DNA from: Candidatus Micrarchaeota archaeon
GTDB taxonomy: Archaea; Micrarchaeota; Micrarchaeia; Anstonellales; Bilamarchaeaceae
NCBI GenBank assembly: GCA_018812625.1
Contig: JAHJDH010000033.1
Span: forward strand, 3,622 to 67,621
Length of the DNA: 64,000 nucleotides
Reading direction: 5' to 3'
Of this stretch, positions 49,878 through 59,664 are shown one piece after another; position 1 is the stretch's first letter; each line of letters opens with the position of its first letter. Made by a program: the position numbers and the translations under genes. A model generated the notes under the pieces. It did no database searches, was not told the DNA's origin, and saw only the letters and a list, made by a program, of their open reading frames with translations.

Positions 49878-50645
49878 TCAGCTTATTTTTCCAAGAACTG
49901 TCGCAATGGTCTCCAAAGTCTTGAGAATCAAAATCCCTATCATAAGAATTGGCTTGCTATAGAATCTCTTATTTGCAAAAAACAATTTCAATCTATAAAA
50001 AACGCTTGTGTGTTTGGATCTTGTTGCAGTTTTTCCATAATAGTACTTTTTCTTGAGCCATTTTCCAAGTTTAAATCCTTCTTCGTGATGCAGTATTCTG
50101 GATTTAATTCTGGTTCTAACATCAAATCCAAGTTTTTCTATTTTATCAGGTAGGGCTGCTTCTTCAAAAAATATCACTTCCTCATCGAATCCGCCGGCTT
50201 TCCTTGCTGTTTCCAATCTGAAAAATCTTGCTGATTCAATTGTGCTTCCAGAATAAAAACTGCGTTCATAGTCTCTGACTTTGACCCAGAATGTTTTTCC
50301 AATACTTCTCTCTGGGATAACCACGCCTCCAGTTTTTGGGCTCATCCTCTCTACACATTCACTGATTACATGTTTCTCAAGTTCCATATCCGAGTCAATA
50401 AAAAAAATATATTCTCCTTTGGCATTAGCTATTCCAATATTCTTTGCCTTGGCTCTCTCTCCTTTATCCAGAATTAGTTTGGCAGAATATTTTTTTGCAA
50501 TTTTTCCTGTTTTATCATGGGAAAACTTATCAACAACAATAATTTCTATTTTATCATAACTTTGTCCTTTGATGGACTCTAGACATCTGGAAATTTCCTT
50601 CTCACTATTGAATGTAGGAATAACTACAGAGACAAGCTCTCCCAT
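49878..50645 (-). CDS. family 2 glycosyltransferase
   Basis: VSVVIPTFNSE..IIVVDKFSHDKT..FFIDSDMELE. Confidence 0.85.
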   Translation of the reverse strand: MGELVSVVIPTFNSEKEISRCLESIKGQSYDKIEIIVVDKFSHDKTGKIAKKYSAKLILDKGERAKAKNIGIANAKGEYIFFIDSDMELEKHVISECVERMSPKTGGVVIPERSIGKTFWVKVRDYERSFYSGSTIESARFFRLETARKAGGFDEEVIFFEEAALPDKIEKLGFDVRTRIKSRILHHEEGFKLGKWLKKKYYYGKTATRSKHTSVFYRLKLFFANKRFYSKPILMIGILILKTLETIATVLGKIS

Positions 50646-50696
50646 GATCAGACTTATGCTCCTGTTCTTTTAAAACTAATCTTGAATTATTACCCC

Positions 50697-51455
50697 ATGC
50701 CTAAAACTGATGAGGAAGCAATAACATTGTTTCTCAATGATTTTGTTAATCAGCTGACCTCTATCTATCCTTCTGAAATCCAATATATAATATTAGCTGG
50801 AAGCGCATCCAGGGGAGATTTTGTCTTAGGCAAAAGCGATCTTGATATGGGCATAATCATCAAGGAAACAAAAAATGTTGCTAAGGTGAAGAAGTCTGCC
50901 CTTGAAATCTTTTGGAAGCTTGATGCGAAGCAAAATATGAAATTTAAACAGTCTCTTAGTGTTCCAAATGGGCAGTATAAGCCTCCATTTGATGTTGTTG
51001 GGCCAGAAGGAAACCCAAAAAAAAGAGATCTGTTTGCACTAATCTCTCCATTTTTCGGGTATCAAAGGGCAATGCTCCAACATACGGTTCGCTATGGAAA
51101 AATTCTCTATGGGGATGATTCCGTGCTCAAGCTCTTCAAAAAAAGATATTCGAAATGGGGCCTATTCAAGATCCTCTTCTCATATGACTTGTTTCTCTCA
51201 ATATTTTCTGTTTTTTCTTTTTTCATAGATCCAGATCAATCACTAAGAAGATCAACGCGTGCTCTTCTCTATACTTTCGAGGATGATCTCTCCCACCCAT
51301 TATTCAAGAAAGCAAGTCTAACAAGGCTTAATTTTGACAAGATCATCAAGGAATGGTCTGTTTGGAGAAAGTTCTCATTTTGTCTATCTGTCCCGTTTAG
51401 TGTTCTCTCAAAAATAATCTCAGAAGTGTGGAAAAGGTTTAAAATTATTTTTTAG
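50697..51455 (+). CDS. nucleotidyltransferase-domain (Pol-beta superfamily) protein
   Basis: ILAGSASRGDFVLGKSDLDMGIII is the GS..x..DxD motif. A TATA-like TTTTAAAACT lies about 25 nt upstream of ATG 50697. Confidence 0.65.
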   Translation: MPKTDEEAITLFLNDFVNQLTSIYPSEIQYIILAGSASRGDFVLGKSDLDMGIIIKETKNVAKVKKSALEIFWKLDAKQNMKFKQSLSVPNGQYKPPFDVVGPEGNPKKRDLFALISPFFGYQRAMLQHTVRYGKILYGDDSVLKLFKKRYSKWGLFKILFSYDLFLSIFSVFSFFIDPDQSLRRSTRALLYTFEDDLSHPLFKKASLTRLNFDKIIKEWSVWRKFSFCLSVPFSVLSKIISEVWKRFKIIF

Positions 51456-51495
51456 GGTAGACTTTTATTAATCGTTTTCTCCTATTTTATCACTT

Positions 51496-52707
51496 ATGCG
51501 AATTCCTCATACTCTCTGGCGGATTCTTGAACTTAAAAGAAACCAGTGGAAAAGCCAGGATGAATTTGAAGAAATGCAGCAGGAGCAATTAGTAAAGCTT
51601 GCAGATCACGCTTCACTAAATGTCCCATACTACAAGAATTTGAAAATCCGGGATATTGATGATCTTGCAGATCTTCCATCTCTAACCAGATCTGATTTTC
51701 TCAAAAATAAAGACTCTCTTATCAGCAGGACTGCCAATATGAATGACCTGATTGTAAGAAAAACTTCCGGATCATCCGGAACACCAATGAAGGTTCTTAT
51801 TGATTCAAAAGAGAATACGTATAGAAGCGCAAATAGCTATTATGCATTTTCTGAAGCTGGCATGAACCTATTAGATGATGTGGTGTTTATCTCCCATGCA
51901 TTAAGTTCGCCGCCAAGGTCTGCTTTTGTCAATTATCATTTCTTTGATATTCTGGAAACTGAAAGGGATCTGCTGCGCCAAATAAAAAAAATCAATCCAA
52001 ATATCCTTTGGGCGTATCCAAGTATTTTGGTTCTTCTTGCAAACAGAAATCAGAAGGAATCTTTCAATATCTCAATACCTCGGATATTTACTCAGGCCGA
52101 AATTCTCTCAGCTCCTGCAAGAGAGCTGCTAAAGCGTTCCTTTAATTCAGAAATCAGCGATTTTTATGCTTCTATGGAATTTGGAAGAATTGCATGGGAA
52201 TGCGAAGAAGGAAGCATGCATCTTTTATCCGATTCAATGATTGCAGAGGTTCTGGATCCTAGCGGAAAACCAATAAAAAATGGAAAACCTGGGAGGCTGG
52301 TCCTGACCCAGCTCTTCAAATATGCCATGCCGCTAATTCGCTATGAAATTGGAGATGAAGTTTCTATTGGAACAAAATGCAAATGCGGAAGAGGATCTCA
52401 CATCATATCATCAATCAAAGGCAGGCTCAATGTTCATGTAGTTCTGCCCAGTGGAAATCTTTATCCAGCAACATTCGTAGATACACTTCTTCGAAACCTG
52501 CCAAACCTTCTTGAATTTCAAATAGTTCAAAAGTCCAGGGACCTTCTGCTCATAAATGTAATTGAATCAAAACCAATGGATCCCAGCCAAATTGCAAAAG
52601 CAATCAATCTCGCAATGCCAGAGCCCATGGATATAGAAGTTGCTTTTGTTGATTCAATCAAAAGGGACAGATCCGGGAAATTCACTCATCTTATCTCTGA
52701 ATTATAA
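51496..52707 (+). CDS. PaaK/F390-synthetase-like adenylate-forming ligase, paralogue 2
   Basis: TSGSSGTPM, WECEEGSMHLLSD, CKCGRGS and DRSGKFTHL. It is closest to paralogue 4. Confidence 0.8.
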   Translation: MRIPHTLWRILELKRNQWKSQDEFEEMQQEQLVKLADHASLNVPYYKNLKIRDIDDLADLPSLTRSDFLKNKDSLISRTANMNDLIVRKTSGSSGTPMKVLIDSKENTYRSANSYYAFSEAGMNLLDDVVFISHALSSPPRSAFVNYHFFDILETERDLLRQIKKINPNILWAYPSILVLLANRNQKESFNISIPRIFTQAEILSAPARELLKRSFNSEISDFYASMEFGRIAWECEEGSMHLLSDSMIAEVLDPSGKPIKNGKPGRLVLTQLFKYAMPLIRYEIGDEVSIGTKCKCGRGSHIISSIKGRLNVHVVLPSGNLYPATFVDTLLRNLPNLLEFQIVQKSRDLLLINVIESKPMDPSQIAKAINLAMPEPMDIEVAFVDSIKRDRSGKFTHLISEL

Positions 52708-52754
52708 TGCTCGGGCACGTCAGCGTTTTAAATTTCATCATTCATAGCCTAATT

Positions 52755-54014
52755 ATGGACTCCTCCTTTTTTCAAAGGCTGAAAATCTTTCTTTCTATAA
52801 GGCAGCAGCAATGGCAGTCCAAAGAAGATCTTGAAAAGATACAAATGAAAAAATTGCTTGAAACTCTGAATTCAGCTAGAAAAACCAAATTTTATGGAGG
52901 TGCTCTGGCCAAGTTCAAAAATAACGATCTTCTTGATGATTTATCTCACTTTCCAATAACCAGCAAAACAGATCTCTCAGCAGCACCAGAGGATTTCCTA
53001 AGAAGCAGTCTCGACAAATCAAAACTCATAGTAGAAACCACATCCGGCTCAACAGGAATTCCAAAAAAACTTTTTTTTGATTCGTATACTACTAATTATC
53101 GTGCTGCCCTTCTTGCCATGATACAGCTTGAATTCGGCAGAAGTCCATTTGATCTTTATGCAGAAGTCTCGCTAAAGACTCCGCCTCCATTTCCTCTTTC
53201 ATCACTAGGTCTTTATAGAAAATTATATCTTCCTCTTCTTGATGATGAAGAAAAGACATTTTCAACACTAAATGAAAAAAAGCCGGATATTCTTGCCTGG
53301 TACCCCTCAATGCTCACAATGATGGCAAAGATAAACGATGACAATGGAAATCCACTCAAGCTCAAAAAAGCATTTTCTGGCGGGGAACTACTAACAGGCC
53401 CATCAAGAAAGCTCATTGAAGATTCTTTTTCCTGCCAGGTGTTCAACCAATATGCTGCAACTGAAGTTGGTGCAATAGCATTTGAATGTCCGGAAGAGCA
53501 CAGTTTTCATATAAACTCAAATTCAGCTCTTGTTGAAATTGTGGATGATCAGGGAAATCCCAAAGAACAAGGGGTAGGTAGAATCATTATTACAAGCCTC
53601 ATTAATCAGTCCATGCCACTAATTCGCTATGATATTGGAGACCTTGGCAGCTGGGGAGGGGAATGTTCCTGTGGACGTGGTTTGCCAACTCTGGAATCAA
53701 TATCAGGGAGGGCCGATGACCTTGTTGTCCTTCCAAGTGGCAAAGTCAGATCAGCGCGTCACATCATTCCGCTGGATTTTCTGGACTCAGTAAAACAATA
53801 TCAGATTATTCAGGAATCTGAAGATCGCTTCACATTCAGGTATGTGCCAGCCAAATCTTCACTTTCACAGAAAGCACAGGAATATTTTGAAAATCAGATT
53901 CGTACCGGATGCCTTGGCGAGGATATTCATGTGGATTTTGAATCTGTGGATTCTATCAAACGCGGTAAAAGCGGAAAGCTGAGGAAAGTTATTTCTAAGC
54001 TCACAAAGAAATAA
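52755..54014 (+). CDS. PaaK/F390-synthetase-like adenylate-forming ligase, paralogue 3
   Basis: TSGSTGIPK, CSCGRGL and GKSGKLRKV. It is closest to paralogue 1. An alternative start at 52707 overlaps the previous stop (TAATG). Confidence 0.8.
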   Translation: MDSSFFQRLKIFLSIRQQQWQSKEDLEKIQMKKLLETLNSARKTKFYGGALAKFKNNDLLDDLSHFPITSKTDLSAAPEDFLRSSLDKSKLIVETTSGSTGIPKKLFFDSYTTNYRAALLAMIQLEFGRSPFDLYAEVSLKTPPPFPLSSLGLYRKLYLPLLDDEEKTFSTLNEKKPDILAWYPSMLTMMAKINDDNGNPLKLKKAFSGGELLTGPSRKLIEDSFSCQVFNQYAATEVGAIAFECPEEHSFHINSNSALVEIVDDQGNPKEQGVGRIIITSLINQSMPLIRYDIGDLGSWGGECSCGRGLPTLESISGRADDLVVLPSGKVRSARHIIPLDFLDSVKQYQIIQESEDRFTFRYVPAKSSLSQKAQEYFENQIRTGCLGEDIHVDFESVDSIKRGKSGKLRKVISKLTKK

Positions 54015-54060
54015 TATTATAATAAGGAAACCAGATAGTCTAGTTATCGAAGGTGGGCGA

Positions 54061-55269
54061 ATGCTGGAATTATCAATGATGCTTGCGAAGTTAAAGCTGA
54101 ATCAATGGAAAAGCGAGGATGAATTCAAGCAGATCCAGGAGCAGAAATTCAAGCAGCTTTTTTCCTATGCTAAAGAATATTCGCCTTACTACCGAAAAAC
54201 TCTGAAAGATTGCACGTTTTCTAATCTTGAGGATCTTCCTAATCTTCCACTAACTATGAAAAAATCACTACAGAGCGCTCCAGATGATTTTCTCAGCTCA
54301 AAATTTACTAAAAAATCTCTTATAAAATCATCGAGCTCAGGATCTACAGGAGTTCCAGTAGATATCTATCATGATAGGAGCGAGGCTCATTTTGGTCCTG
54401 GCTTTGAGCTTCATCAATTTACTGAAGCAGGAGTCAATCCCTTTGACAGCCAAATCCGCATAACCCACAATGACTACAAACAAAATTTCATCCAGAAACT
54501 TGGCATCTTCAGAAGAAAACACCTTCCGTTTTCCAATTCTCCGCAAAAAAATCTCCAAATCATAAAGCACGGACCGCAGAAAGTTCTGATTGGCTTTACA
54601 TCTGTTTTAGTTCCTCTTGCAAGAGCAAATCTGGAGACTCGCGCAAAAGCAAAAATAATCTTTACTTCTGGGGAAGTGCTCTCTGAATCTGATCGTAAAT
54701 TAATCAGCGAATCTTTCTCCTGCCCTGTCCGTGATATGTATGGATGCGTTGAAACTTCCTGGATCGCATGGGAATGCGAAGAAGGCAGCATGCATCTGTT
54801 TTCTGATTATCTGATTGCTGAAATTGTTGATGATGACTATCGTCCCACAAAAGGCTCTGGAAACATAGTAATCACTCCCCTCTGGAAACGATCAATGCCT
54901 CTTATCCGCTATTTCCTGACTGATCAGACTGCTATAGCAAAAAGGTGCAAATGCGGAAGGGGCTCTACTGTTATCAAACCAGTAATCGGAAGGGATGATG
55001 ATTTCATTGTTCTAAAAAACGGTTCAAAACTTTCTCCTGCTGTCATCTCATGCGCATTGAATGATGTTAATGTTAAGGAATACCAAATAGTGCAAAATGC
55101 AATTGATGATTTTGTCTTTAAGTATGTCCCGGCCAAGGGACTTGACCTTGTCAATCTCAAGAAAATTTTCAAAGATCAAATAGGCGATGCAAATATAGAA
55201 TTTGAGGAATTGGATAAAATTAGCTGTACCAGGACAGGGAAAAGGAAAAAAATCATTACCAGGATCTAA
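54061..55269 (+). CDS. PaaK/F390-synthetase-like adenylate-forming ligase, paralogue 4
   Basis: SSGSTGVPV, WECEEGSMHLFSD, CKCGRGS and TRTGKRKKI. An AGGTGG SD is present. Confidence 0.8.
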   Translation: MLELSMMLAKLKLNQWKSEDEFKQIQEQKFKQLFSYAKEYSPYYRKTLKDCTFSNLEDLPNLPLTMKKSLQSAPDDFLSSKFTKKSLIKSSSSGSTGVPVDIYHDRSEAHFGPGFELHQFTEAGVNPFDSQIRITHNDYKQNFIQKLGIFRRKHLPFSNSPQKNLQIIKHGPQKVLIGFTSVLVPLARANLETRAKAKIIFTSGEVLSESDRKLISESFSCPVRDMYGCVETSWIAWECEEGSMHLFSDYLIAEIVDDDYRPTKGSGNIVITPLWKRSMPLIRYFLTDQTAIAKRCKCGRGSTVIKPVIGRDDDFIVLKNGSKLSPAVISCALNDVNVKEYQIVQNAIDDFVFKYVPAKGLDLVNLKKIFKDQIGDANIEFEELDKISCTRTGKRKKIITRI

Positions 55270-56398
55270 TTTCTTCTCTTATCATTTCTTTTGTTTTTTC
55301 TGATCTTTTCCTCACCATCTTAAAATTTTCAGAGATCAAAATGCCAATTTCATTTCGCTTTTCTATTTTGCCCATTATTTTCTCAATATCTATTTCATCC
55401 ACTTTGCTCCAGCTATCTTTAGCAAAATCTCCAAGAACTTCTTTGAACTTGAATGTATTTCCAATTGCAAAGAAGGGCGTTGCGGAAAGTGTTCCAAGAA
55501 CAAGAGGATGCATCCTGCTGGATATTATGAATTCTGACCCTGCAACTAGTGCAGCAACCTCATCTGGATTCTGAACTATTCCAATTGACTTTGCATTGCT
55601 TTTTTCTGCAAGAATCTTGTTTATTTCAACATCTGCCCCGTTTGCAGGCATAAATACAACCTGAAATCCGGATTTTGCCACTTTTTTGCTAAGTTCTATC
55701 ATACTGCTGGCATATCTCTTGGACTTCACATTCTCAGCGCAAAATATCACTCTTTTTTCTCTTTTTGTTTTTTCTGGCTGTTTATATGTGAAAACAATAT
55801 CAGCTGTCAGTTTTGCTTTTTTCACTCCAATTTGTCTTAGAAGCCTGGCACTTTTCTCCTCACGAACAAAGATCAGATCAGCCATGTTCAAAAATAATGA
55901 AGCAAAGTTCCCATTCAAAAGCCCTTCGAAAGGCCCGAATGTTTGAGGAAGTATGATGATCTTCTTTTTTAGTATTTTTGCAAATAAAAACTCGCTAAAT
56001 GTTGTAACAAATCCGTATTTGGGACTTATAAAATCCCCTCCAGGACTGATCAAAACATCACAATTGAAAAATTCAATCAATGGTTTTTCAAATTCCCTGT
56101 TGAATAAAAAAAACTTTTTTCCGATGAAGCGGAAAACCAGTACTGATAGGATGTGAGATCCATATATGAACGGATAATTTAGTATGTCCAATCTGCTTTT
56201 CTTTTTAACTGGCCATGGCCATCTTTCAAGTTTTACATCCACTTCAGGGCATTTTTTTCTAGTGAATTTTGGATCTGATACCAATGCAGTTATTTCTGAT
56301 TTTGGAACAATCTCTCTCATCCATCTAATCGAAGTCTTGAGCAGTGCCATATCTCCGACATTTGGACTCCAAGAATGAGGTATGAGTATCTTCATCAC
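55256..56398 (-). CDS. polysaccharide pyruvyl transferase family protein
   Basis: N-terminus HSWSPNVGDMALL and C-terminus FIISSRMHPLVLG resemble the CsaB/WcaK family. It sits in glycan-locus context. Confidence 0.65.
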   Translation of the reverse strand: MMKILIPHSWSPNVGDMALLKTSIRWMREIVPKSEITALVSDPKFTRKKCPEVDVKLERWPWPVKKKSRLDILNYPFIYGSHILSVLVFRFIGKKFFLFNREFEKPLIEFFNCDVLISPGGDFISPKYGFVTTFSEFLFAKILKKKIIILPQTFGPFEGLLNGNFASLFLNMADLIFVREEKSARLLRQIGVKKAKLTADIVFTYKQPEKTKREKRVIFCAENVKSKRYASSMIELSKKVAKSGFQVVFMPANGADVEINKILAEKSNAKSIGIVQNPDEVAALVAGSEFIISSRMHPLVLGTLSATPFFAIGNTFKFKEVLGDFAKDSWSKVDEIDIEKIMGKIEKRNEIGILISENFKMVRKRSEKTKEMIREEIRSW

Positions 56399-56455
56399 TC
56401 GGTATTCTGGTTGCAGCTTTTAAATATCTTCGATGATAGTCTTTTCTGAAAATTT

Positions 56456-58090
56456 ATGGATGATCTATCTCACTACTCAAAAGAAGTTGCCAAGGGCAGC
56501 CTTTGGAGTATGGCTGGAAGTGTTGTTTTCTACACATCTTCATTCTTTTATGTCATTTTGATAGCTCATGCACTGTCCCAAAATGATATTGGTCTTTTCT
56601 TTCTTGCACTAAGTATTGTTTCGCTTGGAGCAACATTCGATAATTTTGGCCTGGGCACTGCACTCTCTCGTTATGTGCCTTATTTTGAAGGGAAAGACGA
56701 GAAAGGAAAAATCAAGCCTCTTCTGAAACTAAGCTATTTGGTAGTTACCTTATCATCCATTGTTCTCCTGGTCATCTTCTGGTTTCTTGCAGATTTCATT
56801 GCATCAATTTATTCAAATCCAGCACTTGCAGGAACGATCCAGACACTTTCCATATTCTTTCTCTTTAGCAATATTTTCAATATTAATATCTCTTATTTGC
56901 GCGGAAGAACCAACATTCGTGCCATGCAATATTCAGCCAATCTTCAAAATCTTTCAAAGCTTATCCTAACTGCGTTTCTCTTCTATTTCTATGAAGCATC
57001 TCTTCTCACTCTTATTGCTGGTTTCCTTTCATCTTATGTAGTGAGCATCATCCTCTCATCCTTTTTTGTAATCAAAGATACATTTACTCTTCCAAAGAAT
57101 GAAACTCATTTTTCCGTTTCCAATTTTATATCAGAAATTGTTCCATTTGGTCTGATGCTGAGTTTAATTCATTCTGTCGGAACAATCTTTTCTTCTGCTA
57201 ATCGTATGCTCCTTGGATATATGGTAGATCCAATAGAATCTACTCAGGTAATTGCAATATATGCTGTGGCATTCACACTTGCGAATGTTCTGATGGCACT
57301 GCCTAAATCAATAGGGGATATTTTCCTTCCACTAATATCCCGTTTGTACGGTAAAAAGGAACTTGGTAAGATTTGTTCAATTACAACTACTGCTCAGCGA
57401 TGGTCTCTTTTCCTGACTATTCCATTCGGTATAATCATGATATTGTTCTCAGGAGACATACTTTCCTTGATGTATGGAGAGTCATATCGAAGCGGAGAAT
57501 TAGTTATGTCCATTCTCACTCTTGGAATACTTTTGAGTGTCGTCTCCTATGTGTTCTCTCTTTCCCTGGCAGCGATGAAGCTTGTAAAAATTCAGCTTTT
57601 AATTGCAGTTGTCTCAGGTGCTATAAATCTTACTTCAAGTGCCATACTCATCATGATGTTTGGCATGGTTGGCTCAGCAATTGGTTCGTTTATTGGTTTT
57701 ATCATAAGTATCCTTTTGCTAAGTTATTATGCAAAGAAATACTTCAACTTCAAATTCTCTTCAAAAGTACTCAAATTGGCTGTTTCGGGAGTTTTGGTCA
57801 TGGTCATCATGCTCCTAATCCGTCCCTATTTGCTCTCATTCTTTGGCATTTTTCCAGAAACTGAGGCAATGGGAGTTGGTCTTTATATTTCAAAAATAAT
57901 CCTGATGGGCTATATGGCTGTTTTGGCAAGCATCTCAATGTTCTTCTTTTTGATTTTTGCTCTTATTCTGAAATGCGTTTCACAAGAAGACGTTTCTCTT
58001 TTAGGACAAGCAATGATGAAAGCAAGGGTGCCAAAACCACTTATCAAATTCACAAAAGATCTTGCATCCTATGGCGTCGGGGCGGACTAA
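56456..58090 (+). CDS. Wzx-like oligosaccharide flippase (MOP superfamily)
   Basis: 544 aa with about 14 predicted TM helices and a KGSLWSMAGSVV N-terminus typical of polysaccharide-biosynthesis (Wzx) proteins. Confidence 0.75.
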   Translation: MDDLSHYSKEVAKGSLWSMAGSVVFYTSSFFYVILIAHALSQNDIGLFFLALSIVSLGATFDNFGLGTALSRYVPYFEGKDEKGKIKPLLKLSYLVVTLSSIVLLVIFWFLADFIASIYSNPALAGTIQTLSIFFLFSNIFNINISYLRGRTNIRAMQYSANLQNLSKLILTAFLFYFYEASLLTLIAGFLSSYVVSIILSSFFVIKDTFTLPKNETHFSVSNFISEIVPFGLMLSLIHSVGTIFSSANRMLLGYMVDPIESTQVIAIYAVAFTLANVLMALPKSIGDIFLPLISRLYGKKELGKICSITTTAQRWSLFLTIPFGIIMILFSGDILSLMYGESYRSGELVMSILTLGILLSVVSYVFSLSLAAMKLVKIQLLIAVVSGAINLTSSAILIMMFGMVGSAIGSFIGFIISILLLSYYAKKYFNFKFSSKVLKLAVSGVLVMVIMLLIRPYLLSFFGIFPETEAMGVGLYISKIILMGYMAVLASISMFFFLIFALILKCVSQEDVSLLGQAMMKARVPKPLIKFTKDLASYGVGAD

Positions 58091-59349
58091 TCAATTCCAT
58101 ATCCTAATGTTTTTATGTTTCTACTTGAGATTATTCCAATGACAACCAGAAACAATGATGAAACTACAACTGATGGAACCAGAATCAGCATGATTAACAT
58201 TCCAAAAATTATGCCAATTTTTCCTCTGTCCTTGTATAGCTCATAAGTTTTTTCATCGCCCTGAAGATATGCGCTTTTTGCCATTAACATAATTGGCAAA
58301 TGAATCCTTTCATATCTCTTGACAAAGACTACTGTTTTCCCAAAATATTTTTTGAAGTCCTGGAAAAATAATAATGATTTCATGGGCCATCTTATTAGTC
58401 TTGGAAAACCTGCAAAAATTGAACCGTAGCGCAATTTGCTTGGATCTGAGGATTTATCGACAACTACATCCAAGCTTTTTTTCTTGTACTCTACTACTAT
58501 AACATCATCAGCAGCTGGGATTTTTTTATTGCCAAATTCCATCAGCGATCCATTTATCATTGCACTTACGATTCCCTTTGCACGTTCATTCTTCCTAAAT
58601 ATTAAGAAGGAAGTAGCGCCAGTCAGATGAAAAAAACAAAACAAAAATGCTCTTGCATAATTTCCAAGAAGCAGCCATGCTTCAAAACCACCGCGTGAAT
58701 ACAGATATCTTTTTTGTGTATTGTCTGTCAAGGGCATTTCCAATAGTTCATGGTATGTTGTTGCTTCAGTGTGCTCAACATTAATCCCCATCTTCTTTAT
58801 CCTTTCAATCATCTCTACATCGTCCCCTCCGAAAAAAAGAGGGTAGAATGGCAAGCCTGATTTTCTCAATATTTTTTGTGGGATGCAAGAATAATGGAAT
58901 ACATATTCATGTTGAATTTTTTCCTTGTCACGTCTCCATTTAGGTATGGCAATAGTATTTTCTTTTTGTACTCTGCGAACGAGTTCCTCAACAAGTGTTT
59001 CTGAAACAGGAAAACAATCATCGTCTGCAGAAATGATATTCTCATAGCCTTCATCAAGTGCAGTTTTCTGTCCAATGTAAAAAGCTCCTGCACACCCATT
59101 TCTCCCCTTTTCTTTTATGTGCAAAATATCCTCTGGAGCCCCGTCCAAAAAATTGTCATTTTCACCATAAACAATGATTATGTCGAAATCTTTGAATGAT
59201 TGTTTTTCAAGAAGATCAAGATGTTTTTTCAAAACTTCTGGATTCTGATAAGTAGCAATGACTATGGCTGTTTTTGCATGATTCCCCTTTCTCCTGTCAA
59301 TTTTTTTCGAGATGATGCTCTCCAGTTTTGGGGCTGATAAATCTTTCAT
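58087..59349 (-). CDS. family 2-like glycosyltransferase with a C-terminal membrane anchor
   Basis: AIVIATYQNPE..FDIIIVYGEND..ISADDDCFP, with a C-terminal TM. Confidence 0.7.
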   Translation of the reverse strand: MKDLSAPKLESIISKKIDRRKGNHAKTAIVIATYQNPEVLKKHLDLLEKQSFKDFDIIIVYGENDNFLDGAPEDILHIKEKGRNGCAGAFYIGQKTALDEGYENIISADDDCFPVSETLVEELVRRVQKENTIAIPKWRRDKEKIQHEYVFHYSCIPQKILRKSGLPFYPLFFGGDDVEMIERIKKMGINVEHTEATTYHELLEMPLTDNTQKRYLYSRGGFEAWLLLGNYARAFLFCFFHLTGATSFLIFRKNERAKGIVSAMINGSLMEFGNKKIPAADDVIVVEYKKKSLDVVVDKSSDPSKLRYGSIFAGFPRLIRWPMKSLLFFQDFKKYFGKTVVFVKRYERIHLPIMLMAKSAYLQGDEKTYELYKDRGKIGIIFGMLIMLILVPSVVVSSLFLVVIGIISSRNIKTLGYGID

Positions 59350-59664
59350 TTATTCCCTCTTTTGAATCAGTTCAATAAATAAACTTGCTATTCCAGCGAG
59401 CATGATCCAGTATGTTGCTATTGCAAATTCTTTGTTGTCTGTTATTACTGCAATTAAAAAAATCATAATTCCGATCCAAACTGGCTTTTTTCCATCCAGA
59501 TTTCTTTTATAAAAAATGAAAACAAGAACTGCAGATATGATGGCACTTATAATTTCGCTTTGAAACAAATTGATCATGAACCAGGCAATAGCTGGCCAGA
59601 TGTACTGTTCGTTTTTGTAAATCAAATCACGTATCTTTTTCTCTTCTATGATCATTTGTCCCAT
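59350..59664 (-). CDS. small hypothetical membrane protein
   Basis: 104 aa with three hydrophobic spans, abutting the flanking genes in the same operon. Confidence 0.5.
   Translation of the reverse strand: MGQMIIEEKKIRDLIYKNEQYIWPAIAWFMINLFQSEIISAIISAVLVFIFYKRNLDGKKPVWIGIMIFLIAVITDNKEFAIATYWIMLAGIASLFIELIQKRE

Noticed and set aside
57373-57864. 163-aa alternate-frame ORF inside the flippase gene, and similar ORFs (56760-56969, 59692-60192, 60883-61194) inside membrane-protein genes.
   Set aside because: They are overlapped by long, coherent polytopic membrane-protein frames. Their translations are Cys/His/Trp-rich noise.
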